From assembly GCF_018977255.1 (NCBI RefSeq), contig NW_024704743.1, positions 18,912,001-18,976,000 on the forward strand: a stretch of DNA of 64,000 bases. The letters are read 5' to 3'. This DNA comes from Callorhinchus milii (taxonomy: Eukaryota). Positions 10,796 to 24,023 of the stretch are shown here, in pieces. The position numbers and the translations under genes are program-made. The notes below the pieces were generated by a model. It saw only the letters and a program-made list of their open reading frames with translations, did not search any database and was not told where the DNA came from. Each line of letters opens with the position of its first letter. Position 1 is the stretch's first letter.

Positions 10796-13700
10796 TTGTT
10801 GATTTACCTTTGTGCTAGATGGACCAATGTTGCTGCTTTATTAAAGTCAGACTCTTCTGAATTTACTTGATGAATCAGTGCTACAGAGGATAGGCTAGTC
10901 TTAGCTAGCCTATCCTTTATACCATAAAGTGTGGAACAATAAAGTTTTTTCCCCAAAAATACAGTCTAATCACTTTACAGTATATCCTGTGAAGCACTTT
11001 GAGATGTCTCGAAGACATGATAAGGCGCTATATCAAATGCGACAATTATAATTATTATAAATAAGTACTTAATCCTTGCAGCTTTCACATCAGGAGAACA
11101 TCACAAAGTGCTTCACAGGATATAGTGTGAATACCGCGAAAACTATCAGTGCCTCGTATTGGTTAGCGGCACGATTATCACATTTTTAAAACAAATGTAA
11201 GATGTTCTACTTAACAAAATGAAAATATCACCAACGGTTCAGATCATAAATTAAACATCATTATTGGGAACTTGTTATATTTTATTTCTGAAAGTTATAA
11301 CTACTTAGTATTTTTGGATAATTATAGTTTTATTTAGTTTCTCCTGTCTTGAATGAACCAATTCACTTTTAATGTCCTCCCAACATTAAACATGCTATGT
11401 AAATGTAGTTGATTTTGTTCTACAGTATTTTATTCATCGGAGGGAACTTTGTGACCTGTTCCATAAAGGTACCTTTAGTTACACACGGCATGGAAACAGG
11501 CCATTCGGCCCAATTAGTTTGTGCCACCCCTCCTATTCCCCTGTCCTTTATCCCTCGATTCCCTTCTCCCTCGTGTTTGCATCACGTTTTCTGTTAAATA
11601 CATTAATGCTTTTTGCTTCAACCACAGCTTTCAGCAGCGAGTTCCACAATCTCCCTATTCTCTGAGTGAAATTTCTCCTAACCTCCCAATTAGATCTATT
11701 ACTAGCTTATCTTATATTTATGCTCCCCAGTTACGGACTCACCAACAAATGAAAACAGCCCATCCACAGGAGTGCGAGAGACTCTTATGGAGTATAAACA
11801 TTGACAGGGACTGGTTGGGCTGAATGGCCTTTTTCCATGCTTGACATGCTTTGTAAATCATTGTAAATGTTTGTAAACAAACCTCTATTGCATCCCTTCT
11901 CAATTGTCTCAACTCCACAGAGGAAAAACTGCAACCTGTCTAATCTTGATGTGTGTCACATCAAATATTATATCCCCCCCACCACCTTTCTCTTCCCTAT
12001 TGAATGCTACAGCTCAGAAAAAGTCAACTTGGCCCATCAAGTCGTTCAGACTTTCATCAGGTTTTCTTCACGTGAGGCACTTAACCTTAATCCTAAACTT
12101 CTCCTTGCCTCCACCATTGCCCTTTAATAATTCTTTTTGAAGCATTTATCTAATTATCAAATGCAAGAATTGATTCCCTTTTTAAATAATTCATGGACTC
12201 CACTTTAACAACTGTTTCAACTTGGAATTAGCAGTTCCTGCGTGATTCTCAGTTTGGTTTATTTTCAATTCAATTCAGCTTCACACCTTCAATGTGATAC
12301 AGGAAATTGTAATATCTTCCTTATCTTCAATCCCTGGAAGTTGCATAAGTATCAAGATATCTGCATTTCTGTGAATTGGGAAGGGCTGTTCTGACTGATT
12401 TATATTGAAAATAGCTACAATTCAAAAAACATTAATTGCATAATTATAATAATAATTCTTGCATTTGACATAGCGCCTTTCACATCAGGAGGACGTCTTA
12501 AAGTGCTTCACAGAATATAATGGAAAACCTAGTGATTTTGTAGGTAAACGTGGCAGCCAATTTACCCACTGAAATGCCCCGAATGGCGTTCAAGTGGTGT
12601 GCCACTTCATTTTGAGCACAGGGTGCTAGCATCCTTATTGCCCATTTCAAGCTTTAATCATTTTAGTTATTTCTGCTGCCGGCGTATCAAATCTCACCAG
12701 CTACACAGAAATCATCACTGCTCAGTTAGTGGCTTGCCGAATATTTTAAAATGTTGCATTCTTCCAGCCAGAGAATGAGAACAAGTCATCCATCGTTTTT
12801 GCAAGCAAGCACTTCAACGGATCCCCATTACTAAGTGGGCAACCCTTTGAAAAGTGATAGCTCTCCCCCGCTATAACCAAATAAAATACTATCTCTGACA
12901 AATAGGAGTCAAAACACTCCAGTTAATTTGACCGTAAGGCGCCATAGAAAAGCCTACTAAAGCAGTGATAAAATTGTGTGCTGTGTGCCAAATGGTTACT
13001 AATGCATGAAACTAGAAATAAGTTGCACTCTGTGGGAACTGACTGTCTCCAGTTATTGCGAGTTTATGTGAGTGGTCGGCCTTCAGTTTTGTCAACAAGC
13101 AACATTTGATAAGGGGGATCAATGGGGGAGGAGGAGGAGGAGGAGGGGAAATTTGTGACATGCTCAAAAGCGGGAAGAGCTTATAGCGATTCTCCATAAT
13201 TTACATATTCGCAAAAGTGTTAGCTGTGATTTCAAATGATGCCGAAACTGTGAAATAAAAAGATTGGAGACAGAAACACCACCTCCCCATATTATGATAA
13301 TCATTACATTTGATGTAGTCCCTATCACATCATTGAAATGCCTCAAAGTGCCTCAAAGGGTTTCCTGTAAAGCGTAATTGTTTGGAAAAACCAATTAGTT
13401 ATTTTCTGAATATTTCAAATTACCAGGGATGACTATTCATGACTGGCTCTGGCAATTTAATTTTCATTAAAATCTTCTCAGTAATATCCCATTTCAAATC
13501 TGTTTCTAAATCTTTTAAGCAGCCTCACCACACCCTGTTATCTCAGACTGTGCCTATATGCAGTGTGAAATTGAAGCGAGGATCTTTAGTTTCTTGTTTA
13601 GGATTCTTGTTAACTGTAAAAATGTCAACTGAAATTGAAACGCTGCTTATACTCATTTTCTCATTAATGCTTATAGTCCCTCACCTTTGATTCAACTCTG

Positions 13701-14459
13701 TTGCACTAGTGTTTGATAGATAAGGTGCTTGCAAGCCATCTATTAGTATCGGATGTGCTTGGATTATGAACACTGGCTGGACATGAAGCCTGTAGTTTCT
13801 CACAGTGGTAAACGTAGGGAAGAATACAGTTTGAAATGAGTTTGGCATGAATCCAAATCCCATTTTCTTTTTTCTTTTTCTCTGTTAAGACGCTATCGAA
13901 GACCAGTTTGTATCAAAGAAGCATTGAACTCAGAAGTAATACTTGAAACTCTTCATGAACTCCGAGTTTAAACTCATGCCTGTGATCAATCTTGCAAATG
14001 CTGTCTAGCATATTTAGTTGGATTCATCACTTTGGCTGTTGCCCCTACTACCAACTCCTGCTGGGAACTCCCAGCGAGGAAGACATGGGAGCCAGACAAC
14101 TTCCATCTAACATTTCTAAATTTGAGGCCTTATTAGTGTTGTGTAAGTTGCCCTTAAGGGAGTAACTTTAACTTCAGAAAGAACATTGAACTGTTTCTGA
14201 CACAAACAGTATCTGAGAACTCTATAATAGGTCTTAGCTGCTGTTGATTTGAAAGATACAGACATTTTCCCTATAATTTGAGTGGGTGAAAGTATTTTTA
14301 AAAATACACAGCTCCTCCTATTAATAGTTACTCCAAAATGTAACACTGAATGAAGTTGTTAAACACACAATGTTCTTTTTTTTGCCTTCACCGTATTTCA
14401 AAGGAACTTATTTGTACTTAAAATCATGCATGGCCATCGTAGATAACAGAAGTCAGTGT

Positions 14460-14830
14460 CAGCCTGCCTCAGTTCGTAGCACTCTCGCTTCTGAGTCAGA
14501 AAGTTGTGGGTTCAAGCCCCATGTTAGGACTTTGAACCCAGAGTCCCGGCTGACATGCTAATTCAGTGCTTTGGAGAGTTTAAGGGATGTTGAAGATACC
14601 ATGACACTATTAAAAAGGAGAAAGGCGTTTCTCCCAGTGTCCTGGCCAACAATCCCTCAGATAAATCGGTCATTCATTCATGGTTGTTTGTGGGACATTG
14701 CTATGTATAAATTGATTACGGTGTTCGCCTACAAATGCACCGTCACTACAATTTACAGTAAATTCTGTGACAAGTTTTGAGATGTCTAAGCAATGTGATA
14801 AGGCAGTATATCAAATGCAAGGATTATTAA
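14460..14830 (+). mobile_element. Deu-domain SINE (family B)
   Basis: Head CTCAGTTCGTAGCACTCTCGCTTCTGAGTCAGAAAGTTGTGGGTTCAAGCCCC, Deu-like body, L2-like tail. Confidence 0.85.
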
Positions 14831-15732
14831 CAAAGTGACAGCAACATAATGGAGCTTTCTACAGGAAAGCCACTGCATGTCACACCGACTGGCAAGACTA
14901 ATCGAGGAGCGATCGCTGGTTGGAGCTGAAGACTTGGAGTGACATTTAGGAGAAATTCCTTCTGGGTCTAGATTTGCTGGTAAACCTGTTCCAGTGATTA
15001 ATTGCTCTTATTCTCTGGGTAAATCAATGCTTATTGGTATCTGACCTGAAATTACCCTGAACCTGTGCCCTCTTGTTCTGTTGGCTTAAAATATTTAATA
15101 TAAAGGAGTAAGCTTCAGGGGTATGGGGAAAAGTTGGGTATATGTGACTGAATGGATTGCCCATAAGCAAGCCAGGACAGACATAATGGACCGGATGGTC
15201 ATCTTTTGTGTTGTAAATTTATATAGTTCTGTCTGAAAGTGGTGTTCTGGATTTACTCACTCAATCTCATTTAGCATCTTATATTCATCTGTAAGGTCCT
15301 CATCCGAGATGTCTCTTTCAATAACAACAACTTGCCTTTATATAGCGTCCTGGAGCACTGTAATAATATGTTAATAACACAATAATAATCGTTCCATTTG
15401 ATGTACCACCTTATCACATCAGTGACAAGTCTCAAAGCGCTTCACAGGATTTTACTGTGAGATATAGTGACTGTGAATTGGTAGGTAAACACCAACCAAT
15501 TTGTGCACAGCAAAGGGGATTTTTCAATGATGAGGACCCAAGCTTATCTATTCATTGCTTATAGTTCATTCCTTTAAATCTAAAACACAATTTATACATT
15601 ATAGAAACCAATGGATATCTGGTCTCACACTCCACTACCTGCCCCTTGGCTCAGGGGTTCCGGCCTTCTACATGTTCTGCCCCTACAAGTTCTGAAACAT
15701 CAAATATTAATATTCCTGTGTTTTTATAGTAT

Positions 15733-16092
15733 ATAATAAACCTTGTATTTGATATAGCACATCATCACATCTTCGAGATGTCTGAAAGCGCTTCACAGAA
15801 TATACTGTAAGGTGAATTGACTGTACATTTTGTGGCGAAACGAGGCAGCCAATTGCGCACAGTAGTGTCCCACAAACAGTCATGGATTGAATGACCAAAT
15901 TATTATTATTTTTGAAGGGATTATTACCCCCCGGAAAAGCAATCCACCAATCGACTGACAACCATGTCTACTTACAGCTAGGTGAACAGGTGGAATAAGG
16001 AAACTTGTCTAATGTTTCACCCTGCCAGGAATTGATCCCAGGTCCTCTCGCTTGCAAGGCGAGTGCTCTAACCAGTAAGCTGCAGGACTCCA
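15733..16092 (-). mobile_element. SINE family A, full length
   Basis: Head, central block and tail are collinear with 8710-9063. Confidence 0.9.
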
Positions 16093-16285
16093 CGTATATC
16101 CCTGCTGAGCAAATAATTGATCATCCATAATGTTTATTGTACTAACAATGACAGGGATGTATTATCAAAACTGACTGTTATTGAATGTATATAATAATTT
16201 CTTCATTCACAGGGTGAATAAAAAGAGATACTGGGAAGCTTGGATTTGTTTTTCACATTAATCAAGCCATGTTCAGACTGTTTTC

Positions 16286-16350
16286 GTTGCATGGCTGTGT
16301 TACTATGGCAGTGTTACTATGGCAGTGCTGTCTCTAGTTGGCAGAGTAAC
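16286..16350. promoter_or_regulatory. Second X-box-like cluster including a perfect 14-bp tandem repeat
   Basis: GTTACTATGGCAGT x2 (16299-16312, 16313-16326), GTTGGCAGAGTAAC (16337-16350) and GTTGCATGGCTG (16286-16297). Confidence 0.4.
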
Positions 16351-17494
16351 AGCAATGAAATATGAGGGATGAAAGTCTCCCTTGAGACTGCGAGCCTCCT
16401 AACTTCCACATCATTACCAAGAGAAATGGGGCTCTTAGACACAAAACTGTTTTCGTTTCACATGAACAACATAAGCAACCAATTTAATTGCTTAGCTAGG
16501 AAGGAAGGAACATGGGTTCAATAGGAAGTTGGCATTTGCCTGGAACACATGACTTTTCTGTGCTTTTTCTCTGACTCATGAGCTGTGCCATCTGTGAACT
16601 GGATTTAACCTTTAAAGAATGCATATAAAGAAAGGAATTGGCTTGCTAGTTTACTTTTAGATGAATTCACAGCTTAGCAAGGCGTATGGAGAAACATTTA
16701 CATCTGGACAGTTAAGTTACTTTGTTTGTGCTTGTCTTGAAAATCCTCATGTCTTTATCACCAAAGAGAATTATTTATGAATACAGAGAAACTCTGCTGA
16801 CAATATGAATGAGTTGGTCTTATTGTTTCATAGGACCTGTCACTTTAATGATCATAAACTCTCAGTTGCAAACATGATGTGATTGAAACTCTTCAATGGA
16901 CTCAGTTAGTGTTTATTTGCCTTCTAAACATCTCTCTTCCCCTCCCTCAAGAGCAATCCTTCCAGTCCGATTTACTTACCCTTTCCTCATACCCCTGTAA
17001 ACTAACTCTTTGTAAATATTTATCTATTTAAATGCAAGTTGTTGTTGTTTCATCTCTTCCCTCTTGAAGCCCAATGTGCATTTTGCCTCAACTATCAATA
17101 TGGTTTAAAATCGTCTCAGTAAAAGTAAAATCTTTCTTTGTGTGTTCCTTATTTCATTGATAATAAAGTATAACAGCACTATCAAGTTTCCCAGTTTAAT
17201 TATTTACACTTCCATGTAAATAATTATATTTTCATCTTCATACCAGTTGAGCAATATGTACAAGGTACTCTACACAGCTATTTTGAAAACACTTAGCACT
17301 GTTGCCAAAATACTTAGGACAAAAGGCTGTTTGTTATGAATAGTGAATTTTTTAGAAGTCATATTGTATACTGTATTACAAAATCACTTAAAAAGCATGA
17401 ATCATTCTTCATGTTGTGGTTAAATAACATTATAATCTTTGCCTAGCACAGGTGATAAGTTAATACTGTTGTGGCTATCTTACAGCATCTTTCC

Positions 17495-17633
17495 AAAACA
17501 CAAAATACTACAGATGCTGGAAATCTGAGACAAAAACAGAGTGAGCTGGGAAAACTCAGCAGGTCAGGCAGCATCTATTGAGAAAGAAAAGTGAGTCAAC
17601 GTTTCAGGTCCACGACCCTTCGTCAGAACCAGG
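17495..17633 (-). mobile_element. Short Penelope-like element
   Basis: Same repeat as 28595-28803 and 51813-51925; carries a hammerhead-type motif at one end, as established for Penelope pseudo-LTRs. Family assignment is from recall, not from a database search. Confidence 0.65.
17594..17630 (-). ncRNA. Minimal type-I hammerhead ribozyme motif
   Basis: Minus strand reads GGUU-CUGACGA-AGGGUC-GUG-GACCU-GAAA-C-GUU-GACU: intact CUGANGA and GAAA cores, stem II, a palindromic AACGUU stem III region and a short stem I. Confidence 0.6.
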
Positions 17634-18746
17634 TTCATCTTTTGTGGACCTCAAACTGTTTTGGATAAAAAGGACTTTCTCTGTTTCAGTGATGCAGATG
17701 TGCCCAGTGGATATGGATTGCACCAAATAACATTGAGTAACGCCACTCTGTTAAACATATTTCCCAAGAAATTATAGTATTTCCTTTTAGTAAAACTGAA
17801 ACTTTCGAAAAAAATGTCCAAGTTCAGTACAGAAAAACAATGAAAGATAATCCTGTATTTGGTAATAGAGCTTTGGCACAACATCTCAAAATGCTTCACA
17901 TGATTTACTATAAAGTGTAGTGATAGTGTATTTTGTAGGTGAACGCAGCAGACAACATGCATACAGCAGTGTCTGATAAACAGCCATGAAGTGAATGATC
18001 GATTTTATCTGGCTACTAAGTAAAAGATTCCAAAGTTGTCTATTCCCTACCATTTGGTGAAACTGAGTATCAGGCTTCTGTGCAACAAGGATTCTATGCT
18101 ATGTATCTGCTCCCTCCCTGCCACTGACAACCATAGGAGAACAGCCAGATAAAAAGCAAATGACCAAAGTTATCTCGGGTGGGTGGGTCTGTTGGTTAGG
18201 ACCCTGGAGCCAAACTCCCTTCTCTTTTCCAAAGTACCATGGGATCTTCAATGTCCTTGCAAACCTCAGTTTGACATCTCATCTGAAAGACAGCACATTG
18301 CAGTATTCCCTCAGCACTGCACTGGACTGTCAGCATAGGTTATGAATTAAAAATGGGGCTTGTGCCCACTACATCCTCATCCAGAGTCGAGAATGCTACC
18401 AACTGATATGGTGCCTTATCAGATCTTCGAGACGTCTCAAAATGTTTCACAGAATACAATGTGAATTGACTGTATATTTTGTGCTCTAACCACTGAGCTA
18501 CTGGACTCCAGAATGCCTTCAGAGAAAGTGAGAGTTTGGATCTTTAGTTACAGTAACAGGAGATCACAATTGTAGATTGTAAATATGCAAGTTTCAGTCA
18601 GAGATGTAATGTACACATTCCTCTTTCAAACCATTATTTCAGTAGCTCAGTGAAAGCCATTATTTCAACACAGAGCTCTCATTATGATCATCAGCCACTA
18701 TAAAATTGAAACTGGAATGAAAACAGACAATCTTGCAGTATTCTGC

Positions 18747-18972
18747 GGAGAAAATTTCACTTGGGTCTATTACATGGCGTTTCAATGTTCAGAATATAGC
18801 AAATTGTTGAATTTAGTCTTCAGTCAGAAATCAGTTTTCTGTAGTTCATAAAAGAACTTTGAGGGAAATGGATTGAACATTAATGCTGTATTTAAGAATA
18901 CACCAAATATTCTGGGATGCTCTGAAATTGCTACATAAAAATAATAAATCTAGGTCCAGATGGGATTTCTCC
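18747..18972. mobile_element. AT-rich palindromic MITE-like element
   Basis: Ends GGAGAAAATTTCACTTGGGTCTA and TAGGTCCAGATGGGATTTCTCC are imperfect inverted repeats; related copies at ~7640-7825, 20805-21070, 42545-42720 and 46259-46851. Confidence 0.55.
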
Positions 18973-19772
18973 CCATCTATTTTTTAATGAAATGCACTGT
19001 GTGCATACAATAAAAATGTAGTTTGATTATAAAATACGCAATCAATATTACTTTATAGTAAATCCTGTGAAACGTTTTGAGATATTCTCTGACATGAATC
19101 GCGCTATGCCAAAGGCAAGGATTATTCATTTATAATACACTAGAAAAAGTCATGGGAATGGATATTTAAATGGGCTCTGCACATACTGATTTCAATCTTA
19201 TATTTGTACAAGGTGAAAACGAGAAATAGGTCTCAGTACTGCAAGGACGATGAGTTATAGCGAAATCTTGGATGAATGGAGTTCTTGCCTCTACACTACG
19301 ACACACTTCAGGCATCCAAACCATTGATGCTGGGAAAACTTTTCAATGATGTGACATCCACATGTGGTATCAACTCACTTTAAAGATATTAATCTATTGC
19401 TAGCTGTTTAACTCATGTGCTATTACAGATCAGGCATGCAACAGCTGATGCTAATAACACTCCTGAAGTAATCACCGAGTGAAGTACAGCAGCACATCTG
19501 AAAGAGATTTTTTTCCCAGAAATGGGTACTTGGGACTAAGAAAAAACAATTTGACCCACTTAGATGCTGTTCGTTACACTTCGTAACATTACTCTTTCCT
19601 TTTTGGTGCTATTTAATGCGGCACAGTGGTGGAAATTCAAGGAAAGGCATTAACCATTTGAAGTACAGATCCCTTTAAACCTGAGTGTAAAGTGATCAGA
19701 GGAAGGAATGTGCATTGTAGATCATCAGATTGGTATTTAAACTGCATCAAATGCTGGGAAAAATGATAATGA

Positions 19773-20512
19773 ATAATAATCCTTGCATTTGATATAACGC
19801 CTTATTATGTCATTGAGTTGTTTCAAAGAGCTTCACGGAATATATTGTGAAGTGAATTGACTGTATATTTTGTGGATGGAACACAGCAGGCAATTGCGCA
19901 CAGCAGTGTCTCACAAACAGTCGTGGATTGAGTGATCAAATCATTATTTTTTTTGTAGGGATTATTACCCACGGAAAAGCGATCCACCAATCGACTAACA
20001 ACTGGGTTCTTACTTATTGCTGGACAAACAGAGGAGGGTGGAATAAGGAAACTTGCCCAAAGTTTTGCCCTGCTGGGAATCAAACACAAGTCCTCTCGCT
20101 TAACCAGGCGATTGCTCTAACCACTAACCCTACAGGATTCATACCTCAGTGAGCGAATGCTAACCTACAGGACCCCGCATACCTCAGTGAGGGCTTAAAC
20201 CTTCACTTGTCAAAAGTCAAATGACCAAGTAGTGATTATTCTCCTTAGGATGGAAAGTACATGGTTCCATTTGCGGCTGAACTAGCAAACAAGCGAGTCA
20301 ACTCTCTGTGGTGAGGTGATTTCGGTACTCCGGTTCCTGGGCCAGACAGGTGTGTAGTATTCCAGGACATTTCTGATGCCAGACCAGCCTGGCACATTTG
20401 CAGGACTCAGAGATTCTTCTGTTAACCCCTGGAAGCCAAAACCCTAATGAGTAGGATTAAGCAACAGGAAGCTTGCTAGACAGTGCTCTCGGTGGCAACC
20501 TCTGTGGTTTTA
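19773..20512 (-). repeat. Copy 1 of an inverted ~0.7-kb duplication (SINE A with doubled head plus 5' flank)
   Basis: Reverse complement aligns with 38820-39441, including ~100 bp that appear identical (20340-20440 vs ~38890-38990). Confidence 0.9.
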
Positions 20513-20801
20513 ATTGACTCTATATTTTGTGGGCAAAACACAGCCAATTGCGCACAGCAGTGTCCCACAAACAATCATGGATTGAGTGACTAAATTATTA
20601 TTTTTAATTTTGAAGGGTTTATTACTCCCAGAAAGTGATCCGTAGTTCGCCAATCGACTAATAACCGGGTTCCTACTTCCTGCTAGTTAAATGGGCATGT
20701 CAAGTAAGTAAACTTGCCTAACGTAGTGCCCTGCCCGGGATTCAAACCCAGGTCCTCTCGCTTGCGAGGCAATTGCTCTAACCAATACGCTTCAGGACTC
20801 C
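20512..20801 (-). mobile_element. SINE family A lacking its 3' tail
   Basis: Head at ~20720-20801 and body present; truncated at the boundary of the duplicated unit. Confidence 0.8.
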
Positions 20802-21134
20802 CAACTTGGTCTAGGTTTACTCCATTAACCTAGCATTTTAGAATTTTAGAACATCCAGAATTTTGTAAATTGTTATATTTAGTCATCATTTTAAAATAGT
20901 CTTTTCTGTTATTCGTAAAATAAACTTGCATTGATATAATATCATTCATGTGGGTAAGAGTTCTGAAAATGGCTTCAAAATTAAAGTTGAATTTAAGAAT
21001 TTTCTTAATTCGTGGACATTCTGAAATACTACATAAATAGAGTAAATCAAGACCCAGATGAAGTTTCTCGTTTGTGTTCAATTTATTTAATGGGGAAGAT
21101 GTTCTGCAAATCGGTTGCGAATTTAAAAAAAATC

Positions 21135-21522
21135 TTCCATTTGATATATTACTTTCATGTCGGGAGCATGTCGCAAAGAATATTTTGTAAGCAAAATGCA
21201 GCAGCTAATTCACACAGGACAATATACCACAAGAAGCCATGAAGTGAATGACAAATTTTATTTAGGGGGATTGTTAGCCAGGACACTGGAAGAAACTCCC
21301 TTCTCTTTTCGAACAGTCCCAAGTGATCTTTAGTTTCCACCTGAACTGCAGACAAGACCTCACTTTAATATCTCACCAAAGACCATCATTTCCAAGGATG
21401 CAGAACACCCTCAGCACTGCTTTGAAGTGTCAGCCCAGACTATAAGAGTTAAAAGTCTCAATTTGGGCTTGAATGCACAACCTTCTGATTCAGAGGTCAG
21501 CGTGCTACTAACTAAGCCAGGC
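21135..21522 (-). mobile_element. Deu-domain SINE (family B), full length
   Basis: Head, Deu body and tail on the minus strand. Confidence 0.85.
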
Positions 21523-23667
21523 TGGATATACATTGTAAAAATTTGAACATAAAGATACATTTTATATACACATTATTTTTAACACAACTGTTTCATTCTG
21601 ACCTTACAGTAAGCAGCTAGTGTACTAATTTTATGTGTTAACTAGCTATAATTTGTTGTTGTGGTGGTGTTGTACGAAACGCATTTTATAAGTTGCTGTG
21701 TGAGCAATGTTCTGTAAACCACTAAAATGAATGGACCAACCAAAAAAGCACTACCAAAAATTCATTATATGGGCCCAGTGGCAAACATAGTCAATTGACT
21801 GTGGTTCAGCAGATGCTGATAGTGATAGAAACTTTCCTGGCTCCTTTTTTCTGGTCAGCTATACGTCTGATACACGGAAACCCTACTTAAGAGGATCCAA
21901 ACCAACTGACTGAGTTAATAATAATAGTTTAGGATTTACTGTGAAATGGGGTGACTGTGTATTTGTAGGCAAATGCGAAAGCCAATTTGACCGCAGCAAT
22001 GTTCCACAAACAACCATGATGTGTGTGACTAATTTTATCTGTGAGTATTATTGACCAGGACCCTGTACCCTCTTTGAGTATTGCCATGCAATGTTTAACG
22101 TTCCACCTGTACAGGCAGATGGGACATTGGTTTAATGTTTCATCTGAAGGATCACAACTCTGACAATGCAACGCACGTCGCAGGAGTGTCAGTCTAGACT
22201 ACGTGAATTCTACATCAGTGTGGTTTCCCATTTGTCTGGTACATAGTGTGCACTTTCTCACAGACAGAGGATAGTGAGGATTTAGTTAGGAGAGAACACA
22301 CACAAAGCTGGCAGGGAAGGTGGTTATTTTGTGGCACCGAAATGTGGTCATTTCCTCTTTTTGTAAATGACATTTTATAAAATTGTAGCCTGGCATCCCA
22401 GCTGCATCCTGGGTTACAAGCGGTTAAAGGTCTCACAAGGGAAACTTTGAAAAACAATGGTTAGAATTATTTCATGTTGAACATTTCCTATTAAGAAGGG
22501 ATGCCTTCTTACTTTGTACAGCAGTAAACATCCAGCCCTCTTGTGTTGTGTTTTGAAAGCTGTACTGATGGCCTGAAAAGCAAGGACTCTGCCCCCACAG
22601 GAGCCTCAGCTCTTCACACAGATTGTCCCCAGGAAACCAATGTCCCCAAGTTCTCACAGACCGTCATCTGTGTATTTATGGAAGTGGATCCATGTAAAAG
22701 AATGTCGCCGAGAGGAAGCGTGTGGATGAGGAAGAAGAGAGGAGAGAGGACCACCGGAAGAACAGATAGACAGGACCTTGGTTTTACATCTCATTCAAAG
22801 GACGGCACCTTCCACAAAGTAGCACTCCTCAGTGCTGTAAAGCCATCTAGCCTTGAACCTCTGACCCAAAGGCAAGAGTCCTACTAACTGAGTCAAGCTG
22901 ATATTTTACGTTTGTTCCGGTTTAAAGTACTAAATGATAGAAAAATTTCAGTCAACCATCACAACACAGCTGCAGTAAGAAACTGGTATTCTTGTATTTG
23001 CTTCTTTACATCTGTTTACATTGGCCTTAGGCAGGGTACAGAGTTCTCCATTATCAGCCTTAAACTGGCAGCACTTCATAGTCTATATTTATTTGATAAT
23101 ACTTTCTAAAAATAAATTTGCGCTTTTAAATGTCTGACGGAAGTTTTTCTTCTGCCAAGTGTCAAAGGACAGTTAAACACTTTTGCAAAAGGGAAAGATT
23201 TGTCTCTGAAACTACATACTGGAACTAACATGTTGAAGACTCAAATTTCTAGAAGGTTCCATAAGGAACTGTGATTTGCAGGTCCTTGACAGGACCAGAC
23301 TGACATCCAGAAGTTTTGGCCGAGACTATTGTGTTATTTTAAATTCACTGTAAAACTGAGAAACTATGGGAATCTGTGGCACAGGTTCAGGGTTATGAAG
23401 AGCAATGTTAGAACAGACACCTGGAAGTATTTCTTAACCCACATGGGAAGGGTTGAAATTCCGTTAGGCAAACATTGAAAGAGTTAATGTTTTTTTCCTT
23501 AATTCAATAGTACTCAGATCATCCCTAGGATCGACCAATAAGTGGGAAGTGGTAAAACCATTCACAGCTTGGCTTGAGATAGACCATGTGAAAGAGTAGT
23601 TTGGGAGTTCAATAAGGCAACAGCACCGAGTAACCACAAACAAGAAGGAATAGCTCCTTTGGCATTT

Positions 23668-24023
23668 TGGTTAGAGCACTCGCCTCACAAGCGAGAGGAC
23701 TGGGGTTCGATTCCCGGGCAGGCTAAAACCTTAGGCAAGTTTCCTTAACCACAGATCTCTGTTTACCACCAGTAAGTAGGAACCCTGTTGTTAGTTGATT
23801 AGCAGATTGCTTTCCAGGGGTAATAACCCCTTCAAATAAAAAAAACAATCATTTGGTTGCTCAATCCACAACTGTTTATGGGACACTGCTGATTGCAATT
23901 GGCTGCCACGTTACGCCCATATAAAAAAAATACACTCAATTCACTTTGCAGTATATTCTGTGAAGCACTTTGAGACGTCTCGACAATGTGATAAAGTGCT
24001 ATATCAAATGCAAGGATTATTAT
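23668..24023 (+). mobile_element. SINE family A
   Basis: GGTTAGAGCACTCGCCTCACAAGCGAGAGGACTGGGGTTCGATTCCC head, body, and tail CAAATGCAAGGATTATTAT. Confidence 0.9.
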
